Source: Paragordius varius (lineage: Eukaryota; Animalia; Nematomorpha). Taken from it: a DNA stretch of 64,000 bases. The stretch covers positions 2,976,001 through 3,040,000 of the forward strand of contig OZ176059.1 in NCBI GenBank assembly GCA_964247055.1. Reading direction: 5' to 3'. The notes below the pieces were generated by a model. It was not told the origin of the DNA, ran no database searches, and was given only the letters and a program-made list of their open reading frames with translations. How positions within the stretch are numbered: position 1 is the first letter of the stretch; every line of letters begins with the position of its first letter. This document shows, one piece after another, positions 51,832-64,000 of this stretch. Position numbers and translations under genes: made by a program.

Positions 51832-54800
51832 TTATCGTCCACACACAATACAATTGATTTCGCGTCCATCGGCATAAATATCACAGCTAAGACTTCCACA
51901 ATGACTTTCCACAAACAACAAGAGAGAACCGGTAGCAACGGTAGTATTGAGACCACGCGGGTAAATATCTTGTTTTTCATGGACGCAAATGTATTCAGTT
52001 CTGGCATACCTTTCCCGGGTTGACATAATATAACCACGGTATATTTCGGAGAAACCATTGGGACACATAGAAAGGGCCGGTATCATAAGGTTCATAGTTT
52101 TGTTCGGGACATAGCAAACGGAACAAGCACTATTGTCATAAAATATAACATAATATTACAGTCGTAAGACTCTTTTTCTTTTTTTTATTTAAGGTAAGGG
52201 CTTAAATGTATTAGCAGACCCATGAAACCCTTAACATTACATGTCCAGGCTGATGAGAATATGAAAAAAAAACAGTATATATCCTATGTCATTACCACCC
52301 CTCCACTAATAAACATTATAATAATATTGATCAACGGATCGTAATTAAGGGCAAAAATGCATGGCCAAGCTCTTACACTTAGGAAAAAAATTGGCTTAAT
52401 ATATGTAAGAATGATTTTATCTATATTTTAGAAGAGGTCATATATTTACGCATTTTTATTGTGGATTTCCTCAAGCTCCTTCTTCCAAGCTGTTTGTGTC
52501 TGGAAAATGAAATAACGAGCTCCGAAAATTAGCGAGTTTCCATCAATTCCATCCTTATAATCAGCGAATTTAGGTTGGTCCGGCATGCAGAGATAGTTGG
52601 CACCGCTACCCGTGTAATGGAAATGTCCAGAAGCCGTGTGCCCTTAATACAGAAAATATTTAATGCTGCTGTTCACCACAAATGAAATTTATCTAATTCA
52701 AATGACATTCAAAGGTTTGATTTTGGATTAAATATAATTTACTTACCAAAGTAAAGTTGCTCTTCGTCAATGTTACATGTGAGTGATCCCCATCGCGTAT
52801 ATACCATACCCTTCATCCCAGTCATCATGGTATCGATTTCTTAATTCATATCATATAATATATATTAAATTCAAGGCTTAACTAAAATTCCCAGATTATA
52901 TTTTAAATATATAGCAAGTATGTTAATCAAAAATTAATGACAAGCGCGCAAAATATGAGCCAGTTTAATCGCGTTAAATAAAGAACGATAAATGTTACCC
53001 GTTCTTAGCTCCTTTTTGGCTTCCGAACAATCCGGACATATGCCATCTAGACCAGGTTCACCCTTTTCTCCAGGCTGTCCTTTTTCCCCGGGTGGTCCTT
53101 GGGCACCGTCACGACCTGGGTTTCCGTCTTTACCGGCTTCTCCACGAGGTCCCTCTAGCCCATCACGACCCGGGGCTCCTTGGATGCCAGGAGGACCTGG
53201 GGGACCGGAAACACCGGGTTCCCCTTGAGCCCCGGGTGTTCCATCACGACCTGGGGTTCCTGGTTCCCCTGGGAGTCCATCTTGACCGGGTTCAGCTTTC
53301 ACCAATGTTTCGGTCACGGGCCCGGGCAGACCTGGGGCACCATCTTTTCCCTGTATGTTTATTATGATATTTAATGAAATTTCGATTTTTTCATACGAAA
53401 ATAATTGAAAAGAGTATTTTATTTAAATTTTGATCATCTTTGTACTATAAACATTAAATTTTATGTGGATAATGGAATGAATGTGTTCAAGGGTCAAATA
53501 TTACCGGTGGGCCGGGTTGACCTTCTGGTCCTGGTGGTCCTTGCACTCCAGTCATACCCTTTTCTCCAACCGGACCAGGGGCACCATCTTTCCCATCTTT
53601 TCCGGGTTCTCCTGGATAGCCATCTTTACCGGGGCGTCCATCTAAACCGGGTTCTCCATCTTGGCCATCCTTACCGGGCTCACCTTGTTTACCTTGAAAG
53701 ATTTTTGTAAATATATATATAATATTTTTCCTCATTTAACATAATTCAATATATAAATTGTACATAATGTACAACATTTCTTTCGAAATAACCCAAGTTA
53801 GTTAGGATCATACATTTTACTATATGAGGAAAAACAGTATAAATCTATAAAATTTTGTTACCTGGTTCACCATTTTTTCCATCCACTCCGGGTTCACCAT
53901 CCCGTCCTGGGGGACCTTGTGGACCTGGTTCTCCTGGGTTACCTGGGGCCCCATCGTTGCCTGGGGTTCCTGGTTCACCTGCATCACCTGTCATACCCTT
54001 CATACCAACTTCACCTTTTTCACCCTAATATGGATAATATTAATTAATTTAGCACATATTAAGTTTTTATACATCAATGAATAGCGTTGGGTGATTGCAA
54101 TTAACTCCGATAACGCATTTTTTGGATTAATTCAAATAGTAAAAAATAAAATATCTCTTTCAAAAAAATAATGTACAGCGGGTCCTGTAGGTCCGGGCGG
54201 TCCTTCTTTTCCAGGCTCACCTGTTTCACCAATTTCTCCACGCGGTCCAGGGAATCCGGGCTCGCCCTGATCTCCTTTAACGCCTGGATTTCCTTCGGGA
54301 CCAGGTTCACATTGGCATGCGGCTATTATGTTAAAACATTTTTTAAATGTTATCGAAAGAGATTCATTACTTTTGTATATCGTGTAATTGGGATACATTT
54401 TTGATTTTTTGTATTTTGTATTAGAAAAAACTTTGCAGTTTAGGTAAATTAATAAATTTTATACTATAATATACAAGCGAGTCATAAATCAAAAATTTGA
54501 TAATAAATGTAGTATACCGTTTCCTCCACCTCCAACACTGGCTAAAATACCCTGTCCATTTCTGCGGGCCACTTCGTTGGCCGAATAATAACCGGTGGCC
54601 GGGTTCTCGGCCGCTCTTTTTGAACGTTTTCTCCTGAGGGTGTAGGAGGCAGCTGTACCATTTTTTTCATCCACAATTTCATTTGTTTCATCATACAGAG
54701 AAGCATCTACTGGTTCATCATCTAACGTGACAAGAGTGCTATCTTCAACAACAACCTTATCAAAAAAATTATTACAAAAAAATCATTAAAATAACATTTT

Positions 54801-55353
54801 TTTTATTTGAACAAAAAAAGTTTATCAACAAGTTATATACTGAATCGAAAGATTTGTTGGCTGTTATGGCGCTAAAGACATTGTTTGAGTTTGGAATCAA
54901 TTTATTTTTCTTGGTTACAATGTCATTGATTGTTTTGATGGAAGAATCTCTCTTCATCAATGATGCATGTTGTAATTGCAACTCAAGCTAAATAAGGCAT
55001 ACCACAATAAGTCATTAAAGGACGCACTTAAATTACATGTATTTTATACCAGATAATCATAATACACATTGAATTACCTTAAGCTCCTGTACCTCCTCCA
55101 ACAAATAACTATATTTAGCATTTAGCTTGTATTGTGGTATAATAAGGAGATATAGTATACTCAAAACTCCAATAGCTAATATAGCTAACAGGAAGGTTAT
55201 GGCAAACAGCGATTTAGTATGACTCTTACGTAAACCGTGTAACCAACCCGGGAAATAGTAATCACCATAGAATGATGGCAAATTATGGTTGCCATTATTG
55301 ACATTTCCATCGTGTCCGGATATGTAAATGGCTTCTTTGGATTCTAGCACCAT
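51832..55353 (-). CDS. Type II membrane-anchored collagen with C-terminal spongin short-chain collagen (C4-like) domain, about 697 aa
   Basis: Exons 55353-55078, 54987-54841, 54755-54518, 54322-54177, 54024-53862, 53692-53505, 53350-52999, 52839-52747, 52642-52450, 52129-51832 (2094 nt). [33 protein letters not shown] furin-type site, CQC, 57+28 Gly-X-Y triplets, CPDC, then [52 protein letters not shown]. Confidence 0.92.
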
Positions 55354-57120
55354 TTTTTGAGCGCGTCGAAAGTAGGATTTGAAAAACGACGCTTATACTA
55401 AAGGAAAAAAGAGTAAAGATAAGAATGTATATGGCCAGAAACAATTGGAGATTTCGCTTTAAATCAGTAATTTATTAACGAGTGTTTAAAATATGACGGT
55501 AACAATGATATGTATATATAAAAATTGGTAAAAAATAGACTTTTTTTGAAATTATATGACATTTTACAAACACTGGTTTATATGAAATCAAAAAGTTAAA
55601 TTGGCAAAATATTTAAATTTGACCGTTATTCTCCTTACATTTTTTAGTGTAGATAGTACAATTGTGCATTTAATATTATAGACTAACAAAATTATAAGCG
55701 CTTGGTGGTGTGGTTAATTAGACTTTTTTTTCAAATTAATCAAAACATTTACCTTTTTTAAAAGCAAGAGACGAATGAAACAACCAAACCTTTTCAGTTT
55801 AAATATTACATTTAATAGACCATGTCATAGTCAAATTCCAATTATTTCAATATAATTTAATGTCACACCATTTTTATTTTGCCTAATTGTGTGGTTGTTA
55901 TAAAAAATTAGTTTACGATATTTAATGACTATGATCATTAGTGTATAGTGTGCGACTTTTTTTATGTAATAAATATCGCTCACTTATATCATAGTTTTTA
56001 TATTATTATTAGATAAATTTAACAAAAAAATTTATTTATGGATGGACAAAGTATGGTTAAAAATATTAAGAAAATCACACACATAAAGTATTTATAATAT
56101 TTATAAATAAAATTAATTAACGACTTACATACCTGTTTTTGAAAAAAAAGGGATTTATCGTTTTTCCAAAGATTAGAGAGAGGATATAATTGATGCTATT
56201 GATTACTAATTAATATTTTATTGAGATAATGAGCTATTGCGTGTTAAAAAAAATTTTACTCAAAAAAAATAAAATAAAATTTAATTTCACAAAAAAATCC
56301 CAAAAAATGTCGACAAAAAATGAAGGAAAAAATGATAAATGATAATTATTATCGAGGGGAGGACAAACACCGTTTTTTTGTACTGCGTATGAGTCCTATC
56401 TAAAAAATTCTTTCTCTGTATAAGGTAATATTATCTGCTATTACATCAAGTAATGTATAATGTAATAATAATAATAAAAATAGCTGTTGTTTGACAATAT
56501 AAAGTAATTATAAATTTATATGTGAGAAAACTTGAGAGTATTATTATTTCAAAGAATTTTTTACACCAAATATATCCTTTTTTGGAGAAATATTTGTATG
56601 TGCGTATGTATGTATATGTGACTGTAGGGGCATATTTTTATTTTCTTATGTCCTGTTTCATTGGGGGAAATGCATCTCAAATTTTTGCTTAACTAAAATT
56701 AAATATAAAAACAATATAATAATTATATCTTTCTTCATCTATCATTATTTGAACAAAGTTTAACGACAAGCACGTCTAATGTATATATTGGAATGTGCTT
56801 AGGGTTAAACATTCATATACGACATTTTAGGGAAAAAAATATAATTTTATAAAATTTAACGAGAGTTAGTTGTTTGCTATTATTTCAAAATAAAAAAATT
56901 ATTTTTCCCAGCCTTTTGGTTAAATAAGGGAATCCTAAACCAAAATACAACTCATTCAGGAAAATCAGATATTTTTAAGCCAAAATTAGTTTTTTAAGTC
57001 CAAAATAAATTTGACAAAAAGTTAAAGATATGAAAATCATCATTGTATGTTGTAATCTAGTTTTTAAATTTTTCAACTACTAATAGCGTCTCTATATGAA
57101 ATAACTTATCACATCCTTAA

Positions 57121-57645
57121 CATTTGGGGTAGTTTTATGACCCCAAAGCCTTTAAAATTTAAATACCGTAAAAGTATTAAAATTATTAATATAAAAATAT
57201 GCTTCCTAAGGCTTTTATGCGCATGAAATTTTTTTTGTAAATTAAAAAAAAATCATTTCAAACTTTATTTATTGATTTTAAAGTCGTTTGAAAGGCTTTC
57301 TAATTACATTATAATAAAAAAAAATTATTTATTTATTTCAGCTGTTTCTTTCAATCGTGTTTTGAAGTTATTCGGATTTAAGTTTTGTACATAAGAAGAG
57401 GGTCGATAATTAAATTAAATCCAAACAAAAGGTTTCACATGTCGTTTATTTCTGTTTAAAATTATCTTTCAATTAATATTCTATTTAAATTTTGATTAGC
57501 ATTATCTTACGGATTTTAAATGTTATTACAAAACATAATCAATCCGTCATTTACCATAACTTTAAAATTGTTTATTAATAAATTAAAAGCCTGGGGTCGA
57601 AAACTCCTAAATGTAATCTTCTACAAAAAATGAAAAAGTTAAGTG
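57121..57645. mobile_element. piggyBac-like MITE related to P1
   Basis: TTAA|CATTTGGGGTAGTTTTATGACCCCA..TGGGGTCGAAAACTCCTAAATGT-spacer-AAGTG|TTAA. Confidence 0.6.
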
Positions 57646-58483
57646 TTAACAACCGTCCATTAATTTTTTATAATTAATAAAGATACGGATTTAAATGACT
57701 TATTTAGCGATAAAGAGGATAATTTAAAAATCCTGTTTTTATAATTAATATATGCGTAGATTGATAATATATGCTGCTTTAGATATTTAATAACACCCGG
57801 TATGTCGGCAAAATGACAAAGAGCTAAAAGTTAATTATAGTATAATTTTATCATGTAAGTTTTTTAAATAACACATAGAGAAACAATCATAAATATTCGA
57901 GTTTACAACAATAATGTTGATACATACAATTATATCTCCCAAAATTTGAGTAGCCCAAGGCTCTTAGTTCTAATTTTTTATATGTCTGGCTCATTACCAA
58001 AAGACTTCACAGAATATTTGTGATAATTTCAGGAAAATATCTGACATCCGTTTCAAACATAATTTAAATTTTATAAGGATACATGTGAAAGAATCTTTGT
58101 ATAACCTCCTGGTCAAAATATGCATAAATAATAAAAAAAGTCTCCAATTATGCTTATTGATTATGTTTGGACTATATCTTAATAAGGTTCGTTGAATTTG
58201 TATCGGAATAGATCTAAATTAAAAATACGTGTTATACTTTAAAATTAACATGCAAAAATTTTAAAATTCATTGTTTTGTATGAAACAATCTGTTAGATTT
58301 GGATGCTGTATCATAATTAAAAGTTTTTTTTCTGTAACAAACTAAAATAAATCAGTGCCATTAATTTTTTTAGAAATGTGTTTAATCAAATGGTTTCCCC
58401 CCATACGGTTTCAGCCGTAATATATAAATTTTTATTTTTGATTATTAAACATAACTGGAATCGGAGCAACCGTTTTTTCAATA

Positions 58484-58804
58484 TACCATTTACAGCTAAA
58501 ATTCACCATTAAACAATAAAATTTACCCTCAAACATTTAAATTCACCATGAACAATTATATTCACTCTTAAATAATTCCAATTCACCATGAAATAAATTA
58601 TGTTTTGAATAATAAAAATTACCCATATTTTTTTATATTTTTAAAAAATAAAATTACTTTTAAAATTATAACAATATTCAAATAATAATAGCTATGACAT
58701 AAAGTAACTTATATTAATGATGAGTTATATTAGCCCGAAAGCAGATAATTTATTTTTAATATAAATTTGAATTGTTCGAGGGTGAATTTGTGGTGTAAAT
58801 AGTA
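58484..58804. mobile_element. M1 MITE
   Basis: TACCATTTACAGCTAAAATTCACC..GGGTGAATTTGTGGTGTAAATAGTA. Confidence 0.75.
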
Positions 58805-58899
58805 TATTATGTAAGCGATGGGAAATAAAAAGATAACTTAAAATTGCAAAGAAAAACGGTTTTACTTTTTAATTATTGCAATAGTATTCATAGATTCTT

Positions 58900-59785
58900 T
58901 CAGGTTTAACAAAGAGAAGACGTACGAGAAACGCAGACGATTAATTTGATACAGACCCCATTTTGTTCATCTGATATTGAACAATAAACATTCCAATTTG
59001 CGCTCATCAAAAACTAGTGTCTAATTTTTATATTTCAGTAAATTTCTGAAATAAAATATTCGCTGAACGCATCATCATAAGAAAATGGATATTGAATTTC
59101 GTTTGTTAGCAGAAAATATACGGTAACATGCTCTATCAATCAGCACATGTGAAACATAGTTTGGAAATATGTTAAGTTATGATCTGTTGTGAAAGAATGT
59201 GGACGCTATGGTAGACCGTATAACTACAAAGACGATCAAATGCAATAGTTATTGAATGATGACCCAACTCACTCTCCACGGCAAATGGCAGAAGCATCCA
59301 GGACGATATTTTGCATTCTTAACTTTTTAAACCAGTTATTATTGATATATAACACTATCACCAACAAATGATCAATTTAAACTATGAAGTTAATCGTAAA
59401 ACAACCGGAATGGGCTAGAAAAAAGGTGTATTTTGTTATATAACAATGCTCCGTTCCACATAGCAAAACCAGTGAAAAACACAATCTCTTTGATGAGAAA
59501 TTTTTTCTACTCCGCTAAACTCTAGTGACCTGGCGCTTTCTGATTAATACAAATTTCATCATTGGGGCACCCTTCGCAGAACGATACTTCAGAGATTTAG
59601 ATGATGTTTAATAGGGGCTTGGATATCCACAAAAGACAACCAGTTTTTTCGGCACGGCATTCATATTAAAAATGGAGGCGATCTGTAGAAGCCAATGCAC
59701 AATTTTTGAATAAAATAAACATTAATTTCCTTTCAAAAATACATGATTATTACCAAAAAACCGGTAACTTATGAATACACCTGGT
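58900..59785 (+). mobile_element. Decayed Mos1-like mariner transposon
   Basis: Remnants GRP..DDQ..LLNDDP..QMAEA, YHQQMINLNY, NNAPFHIAKPVK, SDLALSD; 3' TIR reverse complement begins CCAGGTGTA, like Mos1. Confidence 0.75.
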
Positions 59786-62429
59786 GTATTGCTTTTAATA
59801 CCTTTAAAATATGTCATTTTTAAATTTAGTTCCGATAAATATAATTTTAACCTAAACTTTGGTTATAATATGAAAATAATGTGTTTTCATATACTGTATT
59901 TTAGTTAGGACATTTTATATTTTATTATATTTTGTTTAAAATTAAGCGGTTCTTGACCTTAACTTATTTATTACATTTTTTTGTAGATGAACTGTCACCT
60001 TGCTTAAAATTAAAAATGTTTGTTTTTCCATTAATTATATTAACATAAACTGACTGCTATTTTTATCTTTTAGGGGCTGAAATGCATGAAAGGAATTTAT
60101 TATATATTATACAAATCTAACATACTATATTAAGAGTTTTAATTTTACACCCATTTGTTGTAATAATATTGATGCTATTTAAATACCTTCATCATCAGAG
60201 TGAGATTGTGTTATTTTATAAAATTAGTTTTAATGATTTATTTGTTTTGGTTAAGTGTATAAAAATAATCCGTAAAATTAAAAATGTTTTTTTTTCATTC
60301 GTCCTTTAAATAATGGTTTATTATAACAAATATATTAAATAAGCCCATAAGTTTGAGTTAGTACATGAGACCCACTAGAAACATAAAAAAATCAACATGT
60401 TTTCAAATGGGCTTATCAAGTTTTTAAAATTAAAATTTTTATGTAAGGAATATCATTAAAATCCAAAAATAAGACATCAGGCTCATTTGGAGCGAAAAAC
60501 TAAATGATTTTTACAGGCTCCTGTTTTTTATTTGTTATAATTTATTGATTAGGTTCAATATATTAAAGAAGCTTTAAAAATGTAGATTTGGTTTATAAAT
60601 TACAATTTTTCATTATCTACCATTTAATAATTATAACATATCTTGTTTTTAATGGTATTTATCATTATCTTTTCATTGTATTTGCATTACAATACAAATT
60701 GCTTCAACTGATAGCCCAGGTCAATCCAATTCATATTATTTAAAAACTAATGATAAAACGTTCCTAATTATATTTTTGCTTCTAACGTAATAAAAATAAT
60801 ATAAATAGATAAAACTTACATATCAAACTGCTTCGCGACGCCATTTTTATTTTACATTATTTTTGCAAAATACCATCCTTTTTAGGTTCTACCGCAAAAA
60901 TTAATTTAATACTTTATTATAATCACAATTTATATTAATATCGATATAAAATGGTCAATCGCCTATTTTAATTTTTAGATTTTTTTATTAAATAATACAT
61001 TTTAGACCCAAATAAATATCACTCACTGCTGCGTATTTGAAATATAGAGCAGATATCATTTTTAATTATACAGGATAACAAAATTTTATCAAATGATAAC
61101 ATTTTATGGTTAATCAAAAGACATATTTTATACCGATATATTTAAATTAACATTGCGAGGAATGTAATTATATATAGCCAGATAGCAAATTATCATGTCA
61201 GGTTATGAAATATTTTGAAGAAAACAACGGAAAATCTATTTTATATACACATAATTTTTCCAATTTATAATTTATTGTATACCGAAATAAGCCTCAAAAA
61301 AACATTTTTATATACTAAATTGATCTCTGCTTTTATCTTTCTATAATTTAAAATCATATTTATTGTTTTGTTTTAATAATAAGTAAAATTATGGAAATGA
61401 CAATTCCACAAATGACTTAACAATTAAATTGTTCATTATTTGAAACTATCTTAATTATGTTTGTAATTTCTAAATTTATATTTTAGCAAATAATTATATG
61501 TCTGTTTTATTAGTAAAAGGTTATATTGAAACGAAGTCTATTTCGGCATTTCAAATTATCTTTGACAATAATGATAAATACGCTTATGGAAAAAATTTTT
61601 AAAATTGACATATTTTAATCGTAACATCCCTAAATTTTCAATTTATAATTTTTATAACTAATCGTATTCTTAAAAAAATTAGCTGTTAATAATTTTATAA
61701 TTATCCTTTTATCACACAGACCGTTGGTGTAAAAATAGTAGTATAATGGGGGGTAAAAATATTTTGAAACGTGTATGAAATAAATATTTTAGCGTGTCTG
61801 GACTCTTAACGATAATAATAATAAAATATGCATATTGAGTCTTGTCACACATCAAATTTCAGTCTGTAATATCCTTTCATCCCCAGTATCCTACATTATT
61901 AATTTATAAAAAAATGTGAAAGAAAAAAATGTGGTATGAAAGTATTCACGCATAACAGATCTGTTTACGTATATAAAAAATAAGAAAAAAACTCTGAAGA
62001 AAAACTAATAGATCGGGGGTTTACCTAGCTAGGCCATGGTTTGTGAATATATATAAATTTGCATATTTTTTTCTTTAATTTTATTTTTAGGTATAGGAGA
62101 GTGTGTGTGTATATATAACGACACACCACCTTTTATACCTAGAAAGTTTTAATGTTATAATATGTGTGTTTCCACGAATTTTGCCATATTTTTTAGTCTA
62201 ATTATAAATATTATTATTTTGTAGATATGTATAAGCATCATTTGAGGTAAAAGTACACGCATTACGAATCTCTCAAAAATGCGTAAAAATGAATTGGTAA
62301 TAAATAATTATTGTGAATCCACCTGATTAAAAGTAACTATGTTATACGTAAAACTTTAAAAATGCCTACCCGTTCCATTAAAAAAATATTTAAGGCCTTT
62401 TTGAAAAATCATCCGGTTTCACGTCATCA

Positions 62430-63576
62430 TACCAGTATAAAATTACTAATAGCGCATTTTTAAGTTTTTAGTAAAACAATGTGAATTTCAGGAAATCAAT
62501 TATTTATTTTGTTTCAAAATATGGTCCGTCGCCTCTAAATATTTTGCTCATCTTTCAGTTAGCATATGAATGCCGTCCCAGTTATATCTGATTGTCATAT
62601 GTGCTCAAGCCGTTTTCCTACGCCTTCTAAATTATTAAAGTGCATCAGTATGTGCCACATTGTTGCACAACTGAATTAGTCAGATGGTGCCAGTCAGGAG
62701 AGTTCAGTGGAGGCAAAAAAGTTTATATCTAAGCAAATTTATGGTTTCTTTCACTGGTTTTGCTTTGTGAGACGAAGCATTGCAATGTAACGAATCAGTT
62801 TGCCATATTTTATGGCTCATTCCACTTTTTGTTCGGGCATGGTTTTAATTAGTTATTTGTTAGGGATAGGTGATTTATTAACGATTTTACGGGACCAACA
62901 AAGTCCATAGCGATTGGGTGCACTGGACACAAAGCATGGTTTTCTTGAGAAAGCGATTTGGTTCGTATAAATGGAATGGCTTAGCGACGTGAAAGTCACT
63001 ATTTTGCTGCTTTGGATTGACAAAATAATGCCATTCCCATCAACGATTCAAATTTAATGCAAAAATGATTTTTTCTCATGACGTTGAAGCAGGATTTCCT
63101 TAGTCACTCTGCGGTTTTTGGATTTGACGTTGATTTAAATTGTATCAAGCCCATTAACCGAGTCTATTTATCTTTCCCATTGCTTATAGACATTTGTTTC
63201 TTTTTTGTGATACGTGCATTTCTTCTACTAATTGCCCTTTGAGTTTCGATTTCATCATCCACATGAAATCATAAATTTTAAAATTCAAAACCATATTTTG
63301 TTGATAGATAAAGTATGTTCACCACATGTTTCTTCTAGCAAACGATAACTCTCAGCCTTTTTCTTTTTATAAAATGCGTGCCGCAAATGTTCTTTTTCAG
63401 GCATAAATTTTGACAATATACTGTATGATAGAAGTAAGCCACTAGTTGGTAAACTCAAATTGTGGGTGTTTGTAATATAATATTAAATTTAGGGGTCTGT
63501 GTCAAATTAATCGGAAATACTTTTGGCGGACTTCTTAATATAAAAAAAATGGCTTCATTTTTTTTAACAACCTGTA
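62430..63576 (-). mobile_element. Decayed Mos1-like mariner transposon, same family as 58900
   Basis: SKFMPEKEHLRHA..KAESYRLLEETCGEH, PVKETI, LAPSD, DGPYFE; shares GATTAATTTGA(T/C)ACAGACCCC with the 5' region of the 58900 copy. Confidence 0.75.
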
Positions 63577-64000
63577 ACAATGTAATTGATTATAAAATTA
63601 AGTCGTCCCAACCAAAAAAAAAGTTATTTAATAAAAAATCATAGTTTAAATGTAGTCTTCTAAAAATTTAGTAATTGTTTCTAATATTAAATTTAACTCT
63701 AAAAATTATTATGCAAGGCTGATAGTGAAAATTATTAACCCTTTGTAGACAATAAAATTTGTTTTTGATGGGCCACAGTTGATTTTTGTTAGCAAATCAC
63801 CTTCTTTAAACTACAATCAGTATAGGGACAAAAAATAAAGTGCCATATATTTTAAAGTATGCACATTCATGCTGGACTATTCACATTACAGTTAGTCGAT
63901 TGGCAACACAATAGTGTATGGAAAAAGCAACAAAATGTTAAAATTAACCAGATTTTCTCATCGTTACTTTATTTATTTAACACAAAATTTGCCATATAAC

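Noticed and set aside
52992-54404. Several plus-strand and off-frame ORFs over the collagen
   Set aside because: Shadows of GC-rich Gly-X-Y codons.

Overview
AT-rich, intron-containing invertebrate animal genomic DNA with many (TA)n tracts. The species cannot be determined from the sequence; an eEF2 kinase argues against an insect. Five protein-coding genes were reconstructed by hand: (1) the 3' part of eEF2K (+, ~176-5207); (2) a two-exon small heat-shock protein (+, 8484-9034); (3) a 13-exon GALNT10-family polypeptide GalNAc-transferase (-, 35698-15926); (4) a four-exon NK2-class, NK4/tinman-like homeobox gene (-, 44075-40731); (5) a ten-exon type II membrane collagen ending in a spongin short-chain-collagen (C4-like) domain (-, 55353-51832). 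The main discovery is hidden modularity in the GALNT lectin domain, which the ORF track misses. There is a second, divergent beta-subdomain exon (18332-18192), a second, divergent terminal gamma-subdomain exon about 5 kb downstream (11124-10954), and a candidate 27-nt cassette micro-exon (19895-19869), all in compatible phase. This implies combinatorially spliced lectin modules on one catalytic domain. Also present: three minimal type I hammerhead-ribozyme motifs, each sense to its host pre-mRNA; at least six MITE families (piggyBac-like TTAA, hAT-like, several TA-flanked); two decayed mariners; and a broken Gypsy element. No rRNA, intact tRNA or CRISPR array was seen. Exon coordinates were read manually and need RNA-seq confirmation.
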